Positions 1-12,682 of a DNA stretch of 64,000 nt are shown piece after piece. Position 1 is the first letter of the stretch. Each line of letters starts with the position of its first letter. A program made the position numbers and the translations under genes. This DNA comes from Alloascoidea hylecoeti. Its lineage: Eukaryota. The notes under the pieces are model-generated. The model ran no database searches and was not told the origin of the DNA. It saw nothing but the letters and a program-made list of their open reading frames with translations. The stretch covers positions 1 through 64,000 of the forward strand of contig BCKZ01000007.1 in the NCBI GenBank assembly GCA_001600815.1. The letters are read 5' to 3'.

Positions 1-944
1 TTACTCATAGCGTATCAATCACATATACCAACTGAAACTCTTCCGGCTCGTGCCTGTTAAATATCCACTATCCCTTTTTTGTATAAAATTATTGTTGATT
101 GTATTATTGTATTGAGGAACTGCTCTAGTTGAAATATATTCTTGTGCTTCAAACCTACGATTAAACATACATTGCCAATTGCCAATTGCAAGCAATCACC
201 ATTACACTTTTAATCGTAGGCCTTAATCATGAATGTGTAGGTGAAGATGAAGAAAAGAAATATCGTGGTCAAATTTTTGGTGATGTAACCTATAACACCC
301 GTCCATCTTGTTAAATTTTGAAACAAATATTTTTTAATTAATTTTCACAACCAAACTCAATTCCCACATATTTTTCCAAACCATCTCACTTCAAAAATGT
401 TGTTATATCCCACTCCCAAAATTTCCTTCAACCACAACATATACTTTATATATCATTCTAATATATCATATAAATTATTATCAAACAATTAATAATAAAG
501 ACTCACTGATTAGCATACATTGGCTATTTTTATTATATTACGTAATATCTGATACATTATCTGAAGGAGAAGGAGATCATTCTCCAATATATTTAATTTA
601 TCTACATAATCTTATTACACTATTATTGATACTGTAAAATACTTGTTAATATTATGAATTATATAGTTTACTAGTTACAGTAGTTCATTTGAATTAAATC
701 ATAAATAAAGATTTCATCCTTAGAAAAACCAACTATTATTATAAGATAAGACCATACCAACAATAATTCAATTAAGCTCTTAATTGCAAAGCAACATCAT
801 TTGCAGAGAATACTACAAAACACTCTAGAAACATGAATTGGATTATGATCACCAGAAACAATAGCATAAGCTTCAGAAGAAGTTGTGAAAAGAATAGCAT
901 TTTCAAACATAATAGTTTTTCGATAAAGTTATCATTTGCTTCAA

Positions 945-1790
945 AATCATCAATAGCTGGATTACCATGAGATGCAGAAGCTAGATAATCAACTGTACCA
1001 ATTTGAATAATTTCTTTTGAAGACATTTCAACTAAAATTTGACAAGCTGTTGATACTTCACTGAAAATATTAAAATCTAACCTAAAAGTTAAAGTTTGAC
1101 CTATTCAAAAATTTCAACATTCAAGTAGAAACCATTGTATTGATTTTAAAAAAGCAACATCTTGTGCAGTTGATAAAGTAATTTGCATTGGAGTTCTTCT
1201 ACTTTTTNAAAAGAATTTTCATAAGCAGTATGATTTCTTGTAAAATGTTTTATAATTATTGCTCGAAATAGGACCATAAACTTCAACAACTTTACCATTG
1301 GATTGATTAATAACAGCTCTAAATTCTGCTTTTGAAGAAACAATATCATCATCTTTTAAAGATTCAGCACCAGGAGCCATACTAAAACAATAAAATAAAA
1401 TTTGATAACACACACATCTGTTTGGAAATAATGATTTAATAATTCATTTGCAATCAGCAACATTTTGAAAAATCCTTTGGAGCTAAAGTTTCACCGATTC
1501 CCAACACTATGAATAAATTCTGCAATTTGTTGTTTTGTAATTTTAATCTTTTCTCCAATATTGGTTTGATAACATTAATATTCAAATTAAATTTATCATC
1601 ATTAACAAACCATAACTTCCAATAGAATTATTTAATTCGATCATTTCCACTTTCCATAACTTCAACAATTGGAGTCTATAATTATAAAATAATTCTAAAT
1701 AAACAGGTTTATATTCACCAGTTCTTAATTCATTTTGTTGTTTATTAACATCTTTAACTTATAAAAGTTGTGGTCTATAACTTCATTATT
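945..1790 (-). pseudogene. FAS1: Decayed internal fragment of fatty acid synthase beta subunit (dehydratase region)
   Basis: Collinear peptide remnants across frames, with stops and frameshifts: PIVEVMESGNDRIK*FYWKLW, IAEFIHSVGNR, ETLAPKDF, MAPGAESLKDDDIVSSKAEFRAVINQSNGKVVEVYG, AYENSF, KEIIQIGTVDYLASASHGNP. These match the order of the yeast Fas1 motifs as I recall them. Boundaries approximate. Confidence 0.85.
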
Positions 1791-2259
1791 AAAATCATTT
1801 TCAATAATTAATCATCTCAAAAATAGTAGANTCATTGCAAATATAGATAATTGAGCAAAACAATTACATTCAATTATATTTGCTTTCAAAACATTTTCCT
1901 TCTCATTTATAATTCCATGATCATTGTTCAAAATCTCCTTTCTCATCATCACCATTATAAATATTTATATCATGATCTTTGTTTGGAAACAACAATTAAT
2001 TCTTCAATTAATTTTAGTTGTTGTTGAAGAGTAATCATTATCATTTTTAGATTTTCTGAAAATATTTGCATTTGAATGAAAATTTGAAGTTGATTTCGAT
2101 CTTGAATTTCGAGGAGAAACAATATATCCTGTGAACCTTGATTGTTGTTTTCTTGAATCATCAAAACTATTAGTAATTTCAGTAGTTGTTAAATTGTTAT
2201 TAATATTCGATGTTGATTTTTAAATAGAACTAATATGCTTTTTGTAGAAGATCCTTCCT

Positions 2260-2885
2260 NNNNNNNNNNNNNNNNNNNNNNNNNNNNNNNNNNNNNNNNN
2301 NNNNNNNNNNNNNNNNNNNNNNNNNNNNNNNNNNNNNNNNNNNNNNNNNNNNNNNNNNNNNNNNNNNNNNNNNNNNNNNNNNNNNNNNNNNNNNNNNNNN
2401 NNNNNNNNNNNNNNNNNNNNNNNNNNNNNNNNNNNNNNNNNNNNNNNNNNNNNNNNNNNNNNNNNNNNNNNNNNNNNNNNNNNNNNNNNNNNNNNNNNNN
2501 NNNNNNNNNNNNNNNNNNNNNNNNNNNNNNNNNNNNNNNNNNNNNNNNNNNNNNNNNNNNNNNNNNNNNNNNNNNNNNNNNNNNNNNNNNNNNNNNNNNN
2601 NNNNNNNNNNNNNNNNNNNNNNNNNNNNNNNNNNNNNNNNNNNNNNNNNNNNNNNNNNNNNNNNNNNNNNNNNNNNNNNNNNNNNNNNNNNNNNNNNNNN
2701 NNNNNNNNNNNNNNNNNNNNNNNNNNNNNNNNNNNNNNNNNNNNNNNNNNNNNNNNNNNNNNNNNNNNNNNNNNNNNNNNNNNNNNNNNNNNNNNNNNNN
2801 NNNNNNNNNNNNNNNNNNNNNNNNNNNNNNNNNNNNNNNNNNNNNNNNNNNNNNNNNNNNNNNNNNNNNNNNNNNNNNNNNNNNN
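2260..2885. other. Assembly gap (N run)
   Basis: Continuous Ns; the two ORFs spanning it are artefacts. Confidence 1.
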
Positions 2886-3464
2886 TATAATTCTCAGGAT
2901 GCCAGATTTATTCTCCATATTTTATATATAAATATTTTTAATGGTAAGGTGGAATAATTTCAATTTCAAGTTTTGGATAGGACTGCATAGTCCGTTGTGA
3001 TTAAGAGAATTGATGCATATATTAACTATGAATATGCTTCACGGCAGCGGAATACATAGTATGTAAATACGGCATGAGGTTCAGTTTCGCATGTTAGAGG
3101 TGTTAAGGTGAGAAGATGGGTCATGGCAAAGAGCTGCTTGAAAACTTCATATAACATCCTATATAGGGAATGAGCACTCTCGTATAGTTACTGATATTAA
3201 CCTTTATGATAACAGAAGGTAAGTCTATTGTCATTTAGTAATCTCAAATTCATTGTACTGGTTTATCAGCGCCCTTTTCTTACCCTTTGGTTGTTAGGGT
3301 TTTTCATGCGGTGCGTCAGGCGCCCATAAGGATTAAATAGAGGTTCCAATTCAGGCAAGCTCCGAAACAGGAAATCTCACATGTAAATGCAAAATATATC
3401 AATTGCCAAGAGGTGCCCAGAAAATAAATCCTTTTCGGGAGAATTTCAATTCATTTCCTTATTA

Positions 3465-3911
3465 TTAAAAGATCTTTACAATATATTTTACACTTGATCG
3501 AATCCTTTTTTAAACTAAATGAAACTATTTTCTTGATTATGCTTAGCTCTGTCGATGTTGAAGTTTTCAAAATTAATTCTATATTGCTACCATTTGATAT
3601 ATCTAAAATTAGTTGATTAAAACCTTTTTGAGTAGTAGGTTTTGTTGAAGTTCAAAGTGCCTGTTCTCCCAGTTGCGCCAAAAAGCCAATCGACTCTTTA
3701 GTGAACTGTTCCAAGAGTGTAATATATCCAACAGGTTTTTCCGCTAAAACACCGATTAGTCTTAATCGTAAAGTTGTTTTATATTGCATTTTAACTTTTT
3801 GAATGTCTCAATATTTGATCCAGGGCTAATAACCTAAAATAGTCTCATTTAGTTGAAAATAGGGTTCGATCAAGTGTAAAATATATTGTAAAGAGACTTC
3901 CGATCTTTTAA
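3465..3911. mobile_element. MITE-like element with ~58-bp imperfect terminal inverted repeats, with a short LTR nested inside
   Basis: tctttacaatatattttacacttgatcgaa...aactaaatga (from 3473) is the reverse complement of tcatttagtt...ttcgatcaagtgtaaaatatattgtaaaga (to 3894). Outer ttaaaagatc/gatcttttaa extends the repeat across a small indel. Confidence 0.75.
3643..3733 (-). mobile_element. 91-bp solo LTR-like element, family A, copy 1
   Basis: TGTTG...CAACA termini; flanked by 5-bp direct repeat GGTTT. Confidence 0.9.
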
Positions 3912-4374
3912 TTATAGCCACATCTATATTTCCATAAACTTCATTGCTTGAGCTGGATCAACTCTGTAAGCTGAATCATTGGATAAATTGTGCTTTCATT
4001 TTCAAAATGTATTACATTTTAGAAGTAATATAAGTACTGGTTCACAATATATAAATTCAATAATCTACACTCGAAAACACTTTGCCCACCCATTTGGAAC
4101 TTGTAAAAATATTAAATATAAAAACTAACTTCAGCAATATATGCACTCCCATTCACCAGTATATACCCAAGAAATTTAAAAAATTGAACTCCACGAAAAA
4201 TCAAATAAAGATCATTATTAAAACTTTGATATTTTCTTTTTATGCGGTGCGATTGCCCTAATATAATTAAGATTCTTATAAGTTTAGGCTTTAGATGTTT
4301 TATATATGACCCTTGTGAACGCTTATAGAATATAGTTATTGTTAGAGTATATGAAGTGAAAACCTTACAACAAT

Positions 4375-4784
4375 TGTTAGATCAAAATATACTTTAGTTT
4401 TGTACAAGTAAAGAACAACTACGCTACACTTTAAGAAATAAGACTAGTAGTAGTTGTGAACTAGAATGAGATGAAGTTCTATCAACTATCTATTCGATAT
4501 ATAGTTATATAGTTATATTAAAATTGTTTTTGTTATTACATAGTTACATATATATGGGGTGATATTTGTGATGAAATGATTTCACTTATATATTAGCTAG
4601 TTCGCACATTAGTTGGAGAAAAACACACGTTCTGTCTATAATAAAACTGTACTATGCCTCAGAATAAATCCAAGGACATCAACCTACAAGAGCCCACAAG
4701 CCAACTGTTAAAGTTCCCCTTATACAATTAAAAGTTTCTAAAATAAAATTATGTTAACCAATCAAGTCAGTGCAAATTGATACA
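4375..4784. mobile_element. Possible 410-bp solo LTR of a different family
   Basis: TGT...ACA termini flanked by ACAAT on both sides; non-coding with TATA-like runs. Only one copy in the window, so a chance match is possible. Confidence 0.35.
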
Positions 4785-5837
4785 ACAATATATATGTAAA
4801 TAGTTCGATAGATATTTAGACTCCACCACTTCAATACAATATTTTAACATGAAATATTATCAATATATTTATATTAATTAATACACGAACTAAAGGTATG
4901 AATAACTGTAAATAAGATAATTAGAATGGAAGATAAACAATCAACAAGTAGATATACAGCCAATAGTCTTGGTCCACAAGTCGTAGACCTCTCAGAAAGA
5001 GTCAAGAAAATCGAAGATTCAAATGCCTTGATGTCTAAGAAGATTGATGATATGATCGAAACATTCAATAGGCTTATGAATGTAAAGGGCTTAATGAATA
5101 AGGATAATTTGGACGAAGTAGATCTTGAATGTGCATATGAAGAACAACAAGATGTGAATTGACCTTCATTTGCTTATGAGCTGTTCTAAGAGTAGTATTA
5201 TATCCAATAGAAATATTTGTAGTTTTGTTTCAACTTATAATAGATTATCTTCTTTGACATGAAGCTTCGATAGTTTCTTCAATATAAAGCAAATAGAGTC
5301 CCAGAACCAGTATGCTGCCAAGGTTACTTGTCCTAATAGGTAAATCAATGTGGCACTTTTAAAACTTATAAGCTTGTCGGTTTTGAACAATTTTGACAAC
5401 TACTATCAGAAATACATTAAATTAAACTCTCATAATTATGGTTTTAGTTTTAAAAGATTCTTATCTTACATATTCATGTAATTCTTCTCTACGTTAAATC
5501 ATTATTTTAGTGGAAATAAGCTTATTGTGCTCATTATTATCAATTTGGCGTGTTTTGAATAAATAATTTTAATGCAAAGGATTCAATATCCATTAGATCA
5601 TTTAGGGAGATCAATAGAATTTAATAGAACAAAAATCATATGCCTAGGAGGCAGTAACTATAATACTTGAAATCCATTTATTACAATAGGTTTATCAATA
5701 AAAAAAAAAGAGTAGAAATTATACTAATGGTTATAAGTAATTCAAGTGATCTTGTCATCCTACAGATGTATGCTGAGGATATATAATTCTCCCCATCTAT
5801 GGCATCAATTATACCCCACTTTTGACATATAGGCATG

Positions 5838-5930
5838 TGTTGGATATATATTACACTCTTAGAACAGTTCACTAAAGAGTCGATTGGCTTTTTGGCGCAA
5901 CTGGGAGAACAGACACTTTGAACTTTAACA
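5838..5930 (+). mobile_element. 93-bp solo LTR-like element, family A, copy 2
   Basis: TGTT...AACA termini; TSD GCATG on both sides. Confidence 0.9.
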
Positions 5931-6254
5931 GCATGACCTACCTCTAACAAATAATCTATATAATGCTTCCGCTGTGTAGTTGATATATATATGCTTAAAA
6001 ATTATTAAAGTTTTGATGAAAGAGTCACGAGTAAAGTTTATCCATATGCTCTTGGAAAACACTGGCATAAGATTAGGTTTTATATATTAGAAAATATGGG
6101 TGATTATTATTATATTATTTACATGATTTGATTATACGTGTATCTAATTGAGCCCGATTGAACTATATTGTATATATTTTTTCCCATACATTTGTTGCAC
6201 GATATTAACATTAATTTTCTCTGCATAAGTTTAAGCTAACTAAAAAATAATTTA

Positions 6255-6347
6255 TGTTGGATATATATTACACTCTTAGAACAGTTCACTAAAGGGTCGA
6301 TTGGCTTTTTGGCGCAATTGGGAGAACAGGCACTTTGAACTTTAACA
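6255..6347 (+). mobile_element. 93-bp solo LTR-like element, family A, copy 3
   Basis: TGTT...AACA termini; TSD ATTTA. Confidence 0.9.
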
Positions 6348-6599
6348 ATTTATTAAGCAAAACGATGGTAATAGAGTTAAATAGATTAATAAATAGTTAA
6401 TTATAACAAGCTAGTTGGAAGGCTCTAATTAACGAAAAGTGATGATGAGGGATGCAAAATAAAAAATCTCATTCCTTATCTGATTATACATATGAATGAA
6501 AATAGAGTAACCAATCCTGCACAATTTGATAGATAAAAATTCAATTTAAAAAAACTCAATTTAATAAAACTCAATTTAGTACTAAACTGTTAACTAAGG

Positions 6600-6800
6600 G
6601 CATGAACTTAAATACACTGAGGTATCACGTTTGGGGTTTTATTTTGCTATGATAAACTGGATATCGAGTTCAGATTCTGCTATAAATTTCAATTTCCAAC
6701 GAAGAGCAGGAACCTGGTCAGATAACTGTCCCAGGCTTTATGTTTTCACCACCAAAAGGTCTTCAGGTGATGTCCATCAAGAATGTATTTAAGTTCATGC
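6600..6800. mobile_element. ~200-bp MITE-like element with perfect 17-bp inverted repeats
   Basis: gcatgaacttaaataca (6600-6616) and tgtatttaagttcatgc (6784-6800); both flanks contain taact (possible decayed TSD). Confidence 0.55.
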
Positions 6801-7289
6801 TAACTCCATATGGCTCTTGATGAAAAATCTTAATTGTTACTGGATTATAATTCGCTAAGGGTACCGTTTGACGTTAATTAAAATACTACTTAATCGTAGA
6901 TAGATTTAATAATTACACTTACTACTTAGACACTACTGCCTCACCGTCTTTTCACTAATCTGAATAGTTGATACTAGATAGACATATATATGCATTGGAT
7001 ACAATAGATTTTCCAAATTCTATCTTTGTATACTGTATACATATTACATTAGCCCGATATTACTCAAATGGATGCTAAAATATATTCCAAAATAGTAAAA
7101 GAGTTGCCTAAGAAAAACCTTGGCAGGAGTGGTATCAATTGGCATACATAATGGCTTGTCCCGCCAAGCAATATTATTAGAAAATAAAAAGGTCTACTAT
7201 TCTACCTATAATTCTTTCAAAATAATTTTATCATAAATAATAAAATATTGTAAAATCAATTGGAGGTAATATCAAAACCTAGAATTAAG

Positions 7290-7368
7290 GTATGTAATTA
7301 ATTAAATATTGGTTATTTCGAAAATTTCATTATCACATTAATATTAACATGCAATCCAATTCGTTCAG
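7290..7368 (+). other. Putative 5'-UTR intron of the OPT gene
   Basis: GTATGT donor at 7290, TATTAAC branch-like motif at 7342-7348, CAG acceptor at 7368, 27 nt before the ATG. Confidence 0.6.
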
Positions 7369-7395
7369 TTAAATTACAATATATATTAATACAAA

Positions 7396-9945
7396 ATGGC
7401 CGTTGAGTTAGTTGATTCAAATTCCGAGCAAAATGGTTTTAGAGAAAAGGATCCTGCTGTCTCAGTTGCTTCTGACATTGATATTTCAGAAAAGGAGAGA
7501 TTAACTCTTTTAGAAAGACTTATGCATGAAAGTGAAACAGTTCATACAGAAGAAACACCACCCCAGGTCAGATATATATACGATAAGATGCAATTATTAT
7601 CTGAGGAAAGATCACTAGAAATCTTGAGAAAAGCTTTAACTGATTTTGATAATGACCCTAACTTTGATGTTGATGAATTTGGAAAGATTCAATTATTGGT
7701 TGAAGGTAGAGAAGTTTATCCAGAACCTGAAAGTTACGATTTCGATTTAAGAGTGGAAGCAGCAATTATACATTATTATTCTCCTTACCGTCAAGTTCGT
7801 TCAATGGTTAATCCATATGATAATCCAGATTCTCCCTGTGAGACCATAAGAATATATGCAATGGCTTTATTTTGGACTGCAGTTGGCTCTTTTGTTGGCC
7901 AATATTTTGACTCAAGGACTCCATTGGTTCGTATTCCGAGTACAATGGTCGTAATCTTGATGTGGCTTCAAGGTAAATTATTCGCTAGATGCCTACCCGA
8001 TTGGGGTATTACTATTAAGGGAAGAAGAGTTTCTTTGAATCCTGGTCCTTTTGCATTCAAAGAACTAATATTTGGTTATCTAATTTATAGAAGCGGAGGT
8101 ACTTATACCACTACATCTAATTTTTTTGTTGATATAATGCCAAACTTTTATGGTAATGATTGGGCAAGGAACCCTGGTTATCAATATTTACTTACATTTT
8201 CTACTGAATTAATTGGTATTGGTATTGCTGGGTTATTCAGAAGAGTGCTGGTTTACCCAGTTAGAATGATCTATCCGACAGCACTTCCAAACATTGCAAT
8301 TGTTAAAACATTGATGGAACCTGGTGTGAAACAAAAAATTAATGGGTGGTCAATTTCAAGAGAGAAATTCTTTTGGATTTCATTTACAATTGGATTCGTT
8401 TGGTACTGGTTCCCCAATTATATTGCTAATTTTATTATGTATTTTAATTGGACAACATGGATTGCACCTGAAAATGAAACATTGGCAGCAATTACAGGTG
8501 TAGTTTCCGGTTTAGGTATTAATCCCGTACCATCTCTCGATTGGACGGATTATTTCAGTGGCGCTGCATTACCATTTTATACAACAATGAATTCCTTTTT
8601 GGGAACGGTACTTTCAGTGTGCGTTATTATACCTGCAACTTATTATACGAATTTTTACTGGACCTCTTATATGCATATTAGTATTGGAACAGCTCAAGAT
8701 AATACAAAAAATGATTACAATGTTACTAGAATCTTAACGAATGGTACAATAGATGAAGAAAAATATAAATCTTATAGTCCACCATACTATTCTGCTGGTG
8801 AACTTTGTGCATATGGCTCATTTTTTGCTTTATACCCTCTGCTATTCATAAATGTTACGCTTACAAATTGGGAATCAGTAAAATATTCAATACTTGACAT
8901 TTGGAAACATATTCGATCTCCAAAATCAGATTTTTATGAGGATATCGATGATCCATTAACAAGAATGATGACAAAGTATAAAGAAGTTCCCCATTGGTGG
9001 TTCTTAGTTGTCTTACTAATATCATTAGTATTTGGTATCATTGCGGTTCAATGTTATCCAACACAGACACCCGTCTGGGGTATATTTTTCGCCTTGGCCA
9101 TTAATTTTGTATTCTTTCCTCCTATTCAAATTTTACTAGCAACTGCTGGGACAACTGTTGGATTGAATGTATTGGTAGAGTTGATTGTTGGTTATGCCTT
9201 ACCAGGTAATGGAACAGCTCTTAATATTATCAAATGTTATGGTTACATGGTAGATGGAAGAGCAGGCAACTACATTGAAACTTTAAAAATAGGGCATTAT
9301 TGTCAAATTCCACCAAGAGCACAGTTTAGAGGCCTTTTAATTATGATAACCGTACAAATTTTAATTGTTGTTGCTATGGTTAATTGGCAAATCACAACGA
9401 TTCCAAATTTCTGTGTTTTATATAGTAAGGAACGTTTTTGGTGTATAGGTTCAAGAACATTTTATACAGCATCAGTATTTTGGGGTGTTATTGGGCCAAA
9501 AAGAGTTTTTGGAGGACTTTATCCAGTTCTTCAATATGCATTCCTAATTGGAGCTATAGTTCCTTTTCCTAACCTTGTGTTCAGAAAATTTTACCCTAAA
9601 TTAGGTTTATATTTTAAACCAGAGCTTATTCTTATTGGTATGATTCAATCAAGTTTGTCTGGCCAAATTACAGAATTATACAAAGGTTTTATATTCATGT
9701 TTCTTATTTTCAGATATTATCCAGCTTGGTGGGAGAAATATAATTATGTCTTACTATCTGCGATACAAGGTGGTTCTGGTATTTCTCAATTCGTTCAATA
9801 TTGGGCTCTACAATATCATAGCTTAAGTCTTGATTGGTGGGGAAATGATGTTTCTTGGGTAGGAATGGATGGCTATGGTAGATTTTCTCTTAAAGAATTA
9901 CCAGAAAAAGGATATTTTGGTCTTGATCCAGAAAATTATCCATAA
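7396..9945 (+). CDS. OPT-family oligopeptide transporter (849 aa)
   Basis: SPYxxVR, NPGPFxxKE, YKEVPxWW, KIGHYxxIPPR and WGVIGP motifs; many transmembrane segments. Confidence 0.96.
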   Translation: MAVELVDSNSEQNGFREKDPAVSVASDIDISEKERLTLLERLMHESETVHTEETPPQVRYIYDKMQLLSEERSLEILRKALTDFDNDPNFDVDEFGKIQLLVEGREVYPEPESYDFDLRVEAAIIHYYSPYRQVRSMVNPYDNPDSPCETIRIYAMALFWTAVGSFVGQYFDSRTPLVRIPSTMVVILMWLQGKLFARCLPDWGITIKGRRVSLNPGPFAFKELIFGYLIYRSGGTYTTTSNFFVDIMPNFYGNDWARNPGYQYLLTFSTELIGIGIAGLFRRVLVYPVRMIYPTALPNIAIVKTLMEPGVKQKINGWSISREKFFWISFTIGFVWYWFPNYIANFIMYFNWTTWIAPENETLAAITGVVSGLGINPVPSLDWTDYFSGAALPFYTTMNSFLGTVLSVCVIIPATYYTNFYWTSYMHISIGTAQDNTKNDYNVTRILTNGTIDEEKYKSYSPPYYSAGELCAYGSFFALYPLLFINVTLTNWESVKYSILDIWKHIRSPKSDFYEDIDDPLTRMMTKYKEVPHWWFLVVLLISLVFGIIAVQCYPTQTPVWGIFFALAINFVFFPPIQILLATAGTTVGLNVLVELIVGYALPGNGTALNIIKCYGYMVDGRAGNYIETLKIGHYCQIPPRAQFRGLLIMITVQILIVVAMVNWQITTIPNFCVLYSKERFWCIGSRTFYTASVFWGVIGPKRVFGGLYPVLQYAFLIGAIVPFPNLVFRKFYPKLGLYFKPELILIGMIQSSLSGQITELYKGFIFMFLIFRYYPAWWEKYNYVLLSAIQGGSGISQFVQYWALQYHSLSLDWWGNDVSWVGMDGYGRFSLKELPEKGYFGLDPENYP

Positions 9946-10591
9946 GAAAAACAAAGTTGATTATATTTATATATATTATTCAATCAGAAGGAAAAAATAC
10001 TAAATTAAAAATATAAAAGAATTAAATATGCTACTAAATATAGAGTTATAAGAATTCTAAATTTCTTGCTTAAGACGTTTTCTATCATTTGCCCTGAGTT
10101 TCCATTTTTTAGATCTTCACAATTAATTATATGAATTTAAACATCATAATTATCGTAATTAATAGTATGGAAAATCCCTATTATATTGTTTACAAAGCGG
10201 AAGATATCCATTAAACAATTAAATGAAGTCATGAAACCTGATCAGATGCTAGACTAATAAACAAAACCGATAATCAAACATGATATTAAAGACACCCGTG
10301 GTTCCACTATAAGATTGAATAGTTATGATAATGAAAGATTATTCAATGACTCTAGGGCCTAGAACAAAAATACGCTAGCCTTTGATAGTAATATGCGACT
10401 CGTGTTGAATGATATACATTGTTCCTAAATAGAGGTTAAATGTACTTTTTTAGTTTCCTTAACATCAGTAGCAGTTCTTAGAAAAGATTCAAAAACCATA
10501 TTAATACCACTTTTTAACACCTAAACTTCTTATATCTTTTTAAGACAATGCAGTTTAGTCAATATTTTGGCACCTTTAGGTGAAGATATTT

Positions 10592-10684
10592 TGTTAAAGC
10601 TCAAAGTGCCTGTTCTCCCAGTTGCGCCAAAAAGCCAATCGACTCTTTATTGAACTGTTCTAAGAGTGTAATATATATCCAACA
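10592..10684 (-). mobile_element. 93-bp solo LTR-like element, family A, copy 4
   Basis: TGTT...AACA termini; TSD TATTT. Confidence 0.9.
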
Positions 10685-11341
10685 TATTTCGCCTACATTA
10701 ATGGGATGAGGAGTTTAATCAAAGGGAATTTCTTTTTGAAATGAACCTCTGCTGAAATGAGAACCCACATTCTAGTGTATTTAAACCACTCAGATATACC
10801 AAGTTTTGAGGATCCAGATATCCGGTGGTACACTCATATGTTCCGTTTATGATTTTTGGTTATTCATATTTTTAAATTTTTAGTTTTTGTAAATTTCGTT
10901 GAAAAATGAATAATGATTTGACCGAGTAATATTTAACGGTTTGTCGTTGCTTGAATACAACAATTCGTTATTCATTTTTCAAACATTTTATTAAAATTCA
11001 AACCAACGATTAAATTGGGAGTCGTGTGTGTGGATCGGAAAAGACAGTACATAATTACTATTTATAAATATATCAACCCTACTGTGAGGTATAATTCTTT
11101 AACTGCCGAAACTAATTGTCCACTGTGTATTCTATCTACAAGAGTGAAACCGATCAACCTGGTGTTGCTTGCGAACTGCCTGGTAAACGTATGGAAGCCG
11201 TGATGACTTCTCAATATCGATTTTAGTATTCTCATTTCCTTGACCCTTGATTCAAGAACTCTGAGGTTTAATTCTGCTTTCACTACTGTTAGTGGCTGTG
11301 GTGGAGTGAAAGAATCCACCAGTATTACGTTCTGAAAAAGC

Positions 11342-11387
11342 CCGTGTCAACCTCTTAAAGTGTCTCAACCTCTTAACTTGCACCCTA
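11342..11387. mobile_element. Probable orphan terminal inverted repeat of a Tc1/mariner/pogo element
   Basis: Two direct copies of tcaacctcttaa, ending ...gcaccc followed by TA; no partner TIR found in the window. Confidence 0.4.
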
Positions 11388-12682
11388 ATATCATTCTAAT
11401 ATTACCTTTTCAACCTGATTACAATTTTAAGTTAATCCAATCGATTAATTAATATTATGCCTTTACCTACAATTTAAAAGGAATCGAAAGCAAAATTACC
11501 AAAGTCATGGAATATTTATTTGATAAGTGAGAAGAAACAAAAGTACTTTATTTCCCCATATTTTTGAAATCCAGTGAATATGGGGCGTAAATATACATCT
11601 TTGTGAGTTAATTCTGCTTGGATTTACATCATACAGATTCTGTGGTTCATGTGGCCGAATATTTGGTTTACGTCTGAGGCAAAATCAAGTAAAACCATTG
11701 TTTATCCCTTACTCAACAAATATAGTGACATCTTTTCTCATTTTACTGTGATTACAATTCTGTTAACCACTACCAGTAACTAATGAGGACTATCCGGATC
11801 CAATTTAGAACTAACCATACCTACAACTGTAGTAGTTAAACACGTGAAATATAAGGGGGTATAATTATTAGTATTGCTTTTTCTAGGCCATGGATTATAC
11901 TCTTTTAAATTTACCTAACAAAAACGGTTGCTAAAATTGGTATTGTTATTATGTAGATGTTTTCATATTATAAAAATCTTAAGAATCTATGAGTTGAATT
12001 TATGATTTTGAATTAGGGATGTTAACTTTAACAATTTCCATAAAATATTTTTCGATTTATTGATAAGTTTGGTTTTTAAGGTTAAAATAATCGGGATTTT
12101 TTTTTTTAATGGAACTCCATAAATGTTTTATCAATGTTTTATAAATGTTTTATTTATACAACATATCTATTTGATATCATTATATATCTATTTAGTATAG
12201 TGATGAGTTTTCCATAATGGTATTAGAACAGAAAAATATTAGACCATATAAAGACTAGATATTTCTTACTTGTAATAAATTAGCTGAGAATTATTTAATT
12301 TCCCAAACATGAGCATGGAAAAAAATATTCAACAATTAACTGAAACAATTCAGGAATTTTTCAAGTTAAAAGAGATGAACAACGAAAAGGTTGGTCTATT
12401 CCTGAGCTCATAGTTGTAATGTAATGAGTTATACAAATATGAAATTGATGATAATCATTATAACTTGATCAGCTTATATTCTTTAACAAATATCAATAAT
12501 ATTGTAAAGAATTAAAAAACAATTCTATTTATGAAACTTTTTTCAATATCTTAATAATAATTGATATTGAAATGGTATGAATAAGTTAATTCAATATCTG
12601 AAATTTACAACCAATGATAGAGTCATACTGGTGGTGAATATTAATCTGAAATATATGAAGCTTCTACTGACAATTGCCTTTC

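Noticed and set aside
2220..2957. Two long ORFs across the N run
   Set aside because: Artefacts of translating an assembly gap.
5681..5950. 89-aa ORF
   Set aside because: Reads through a family A LTR; no recognisable protein features.
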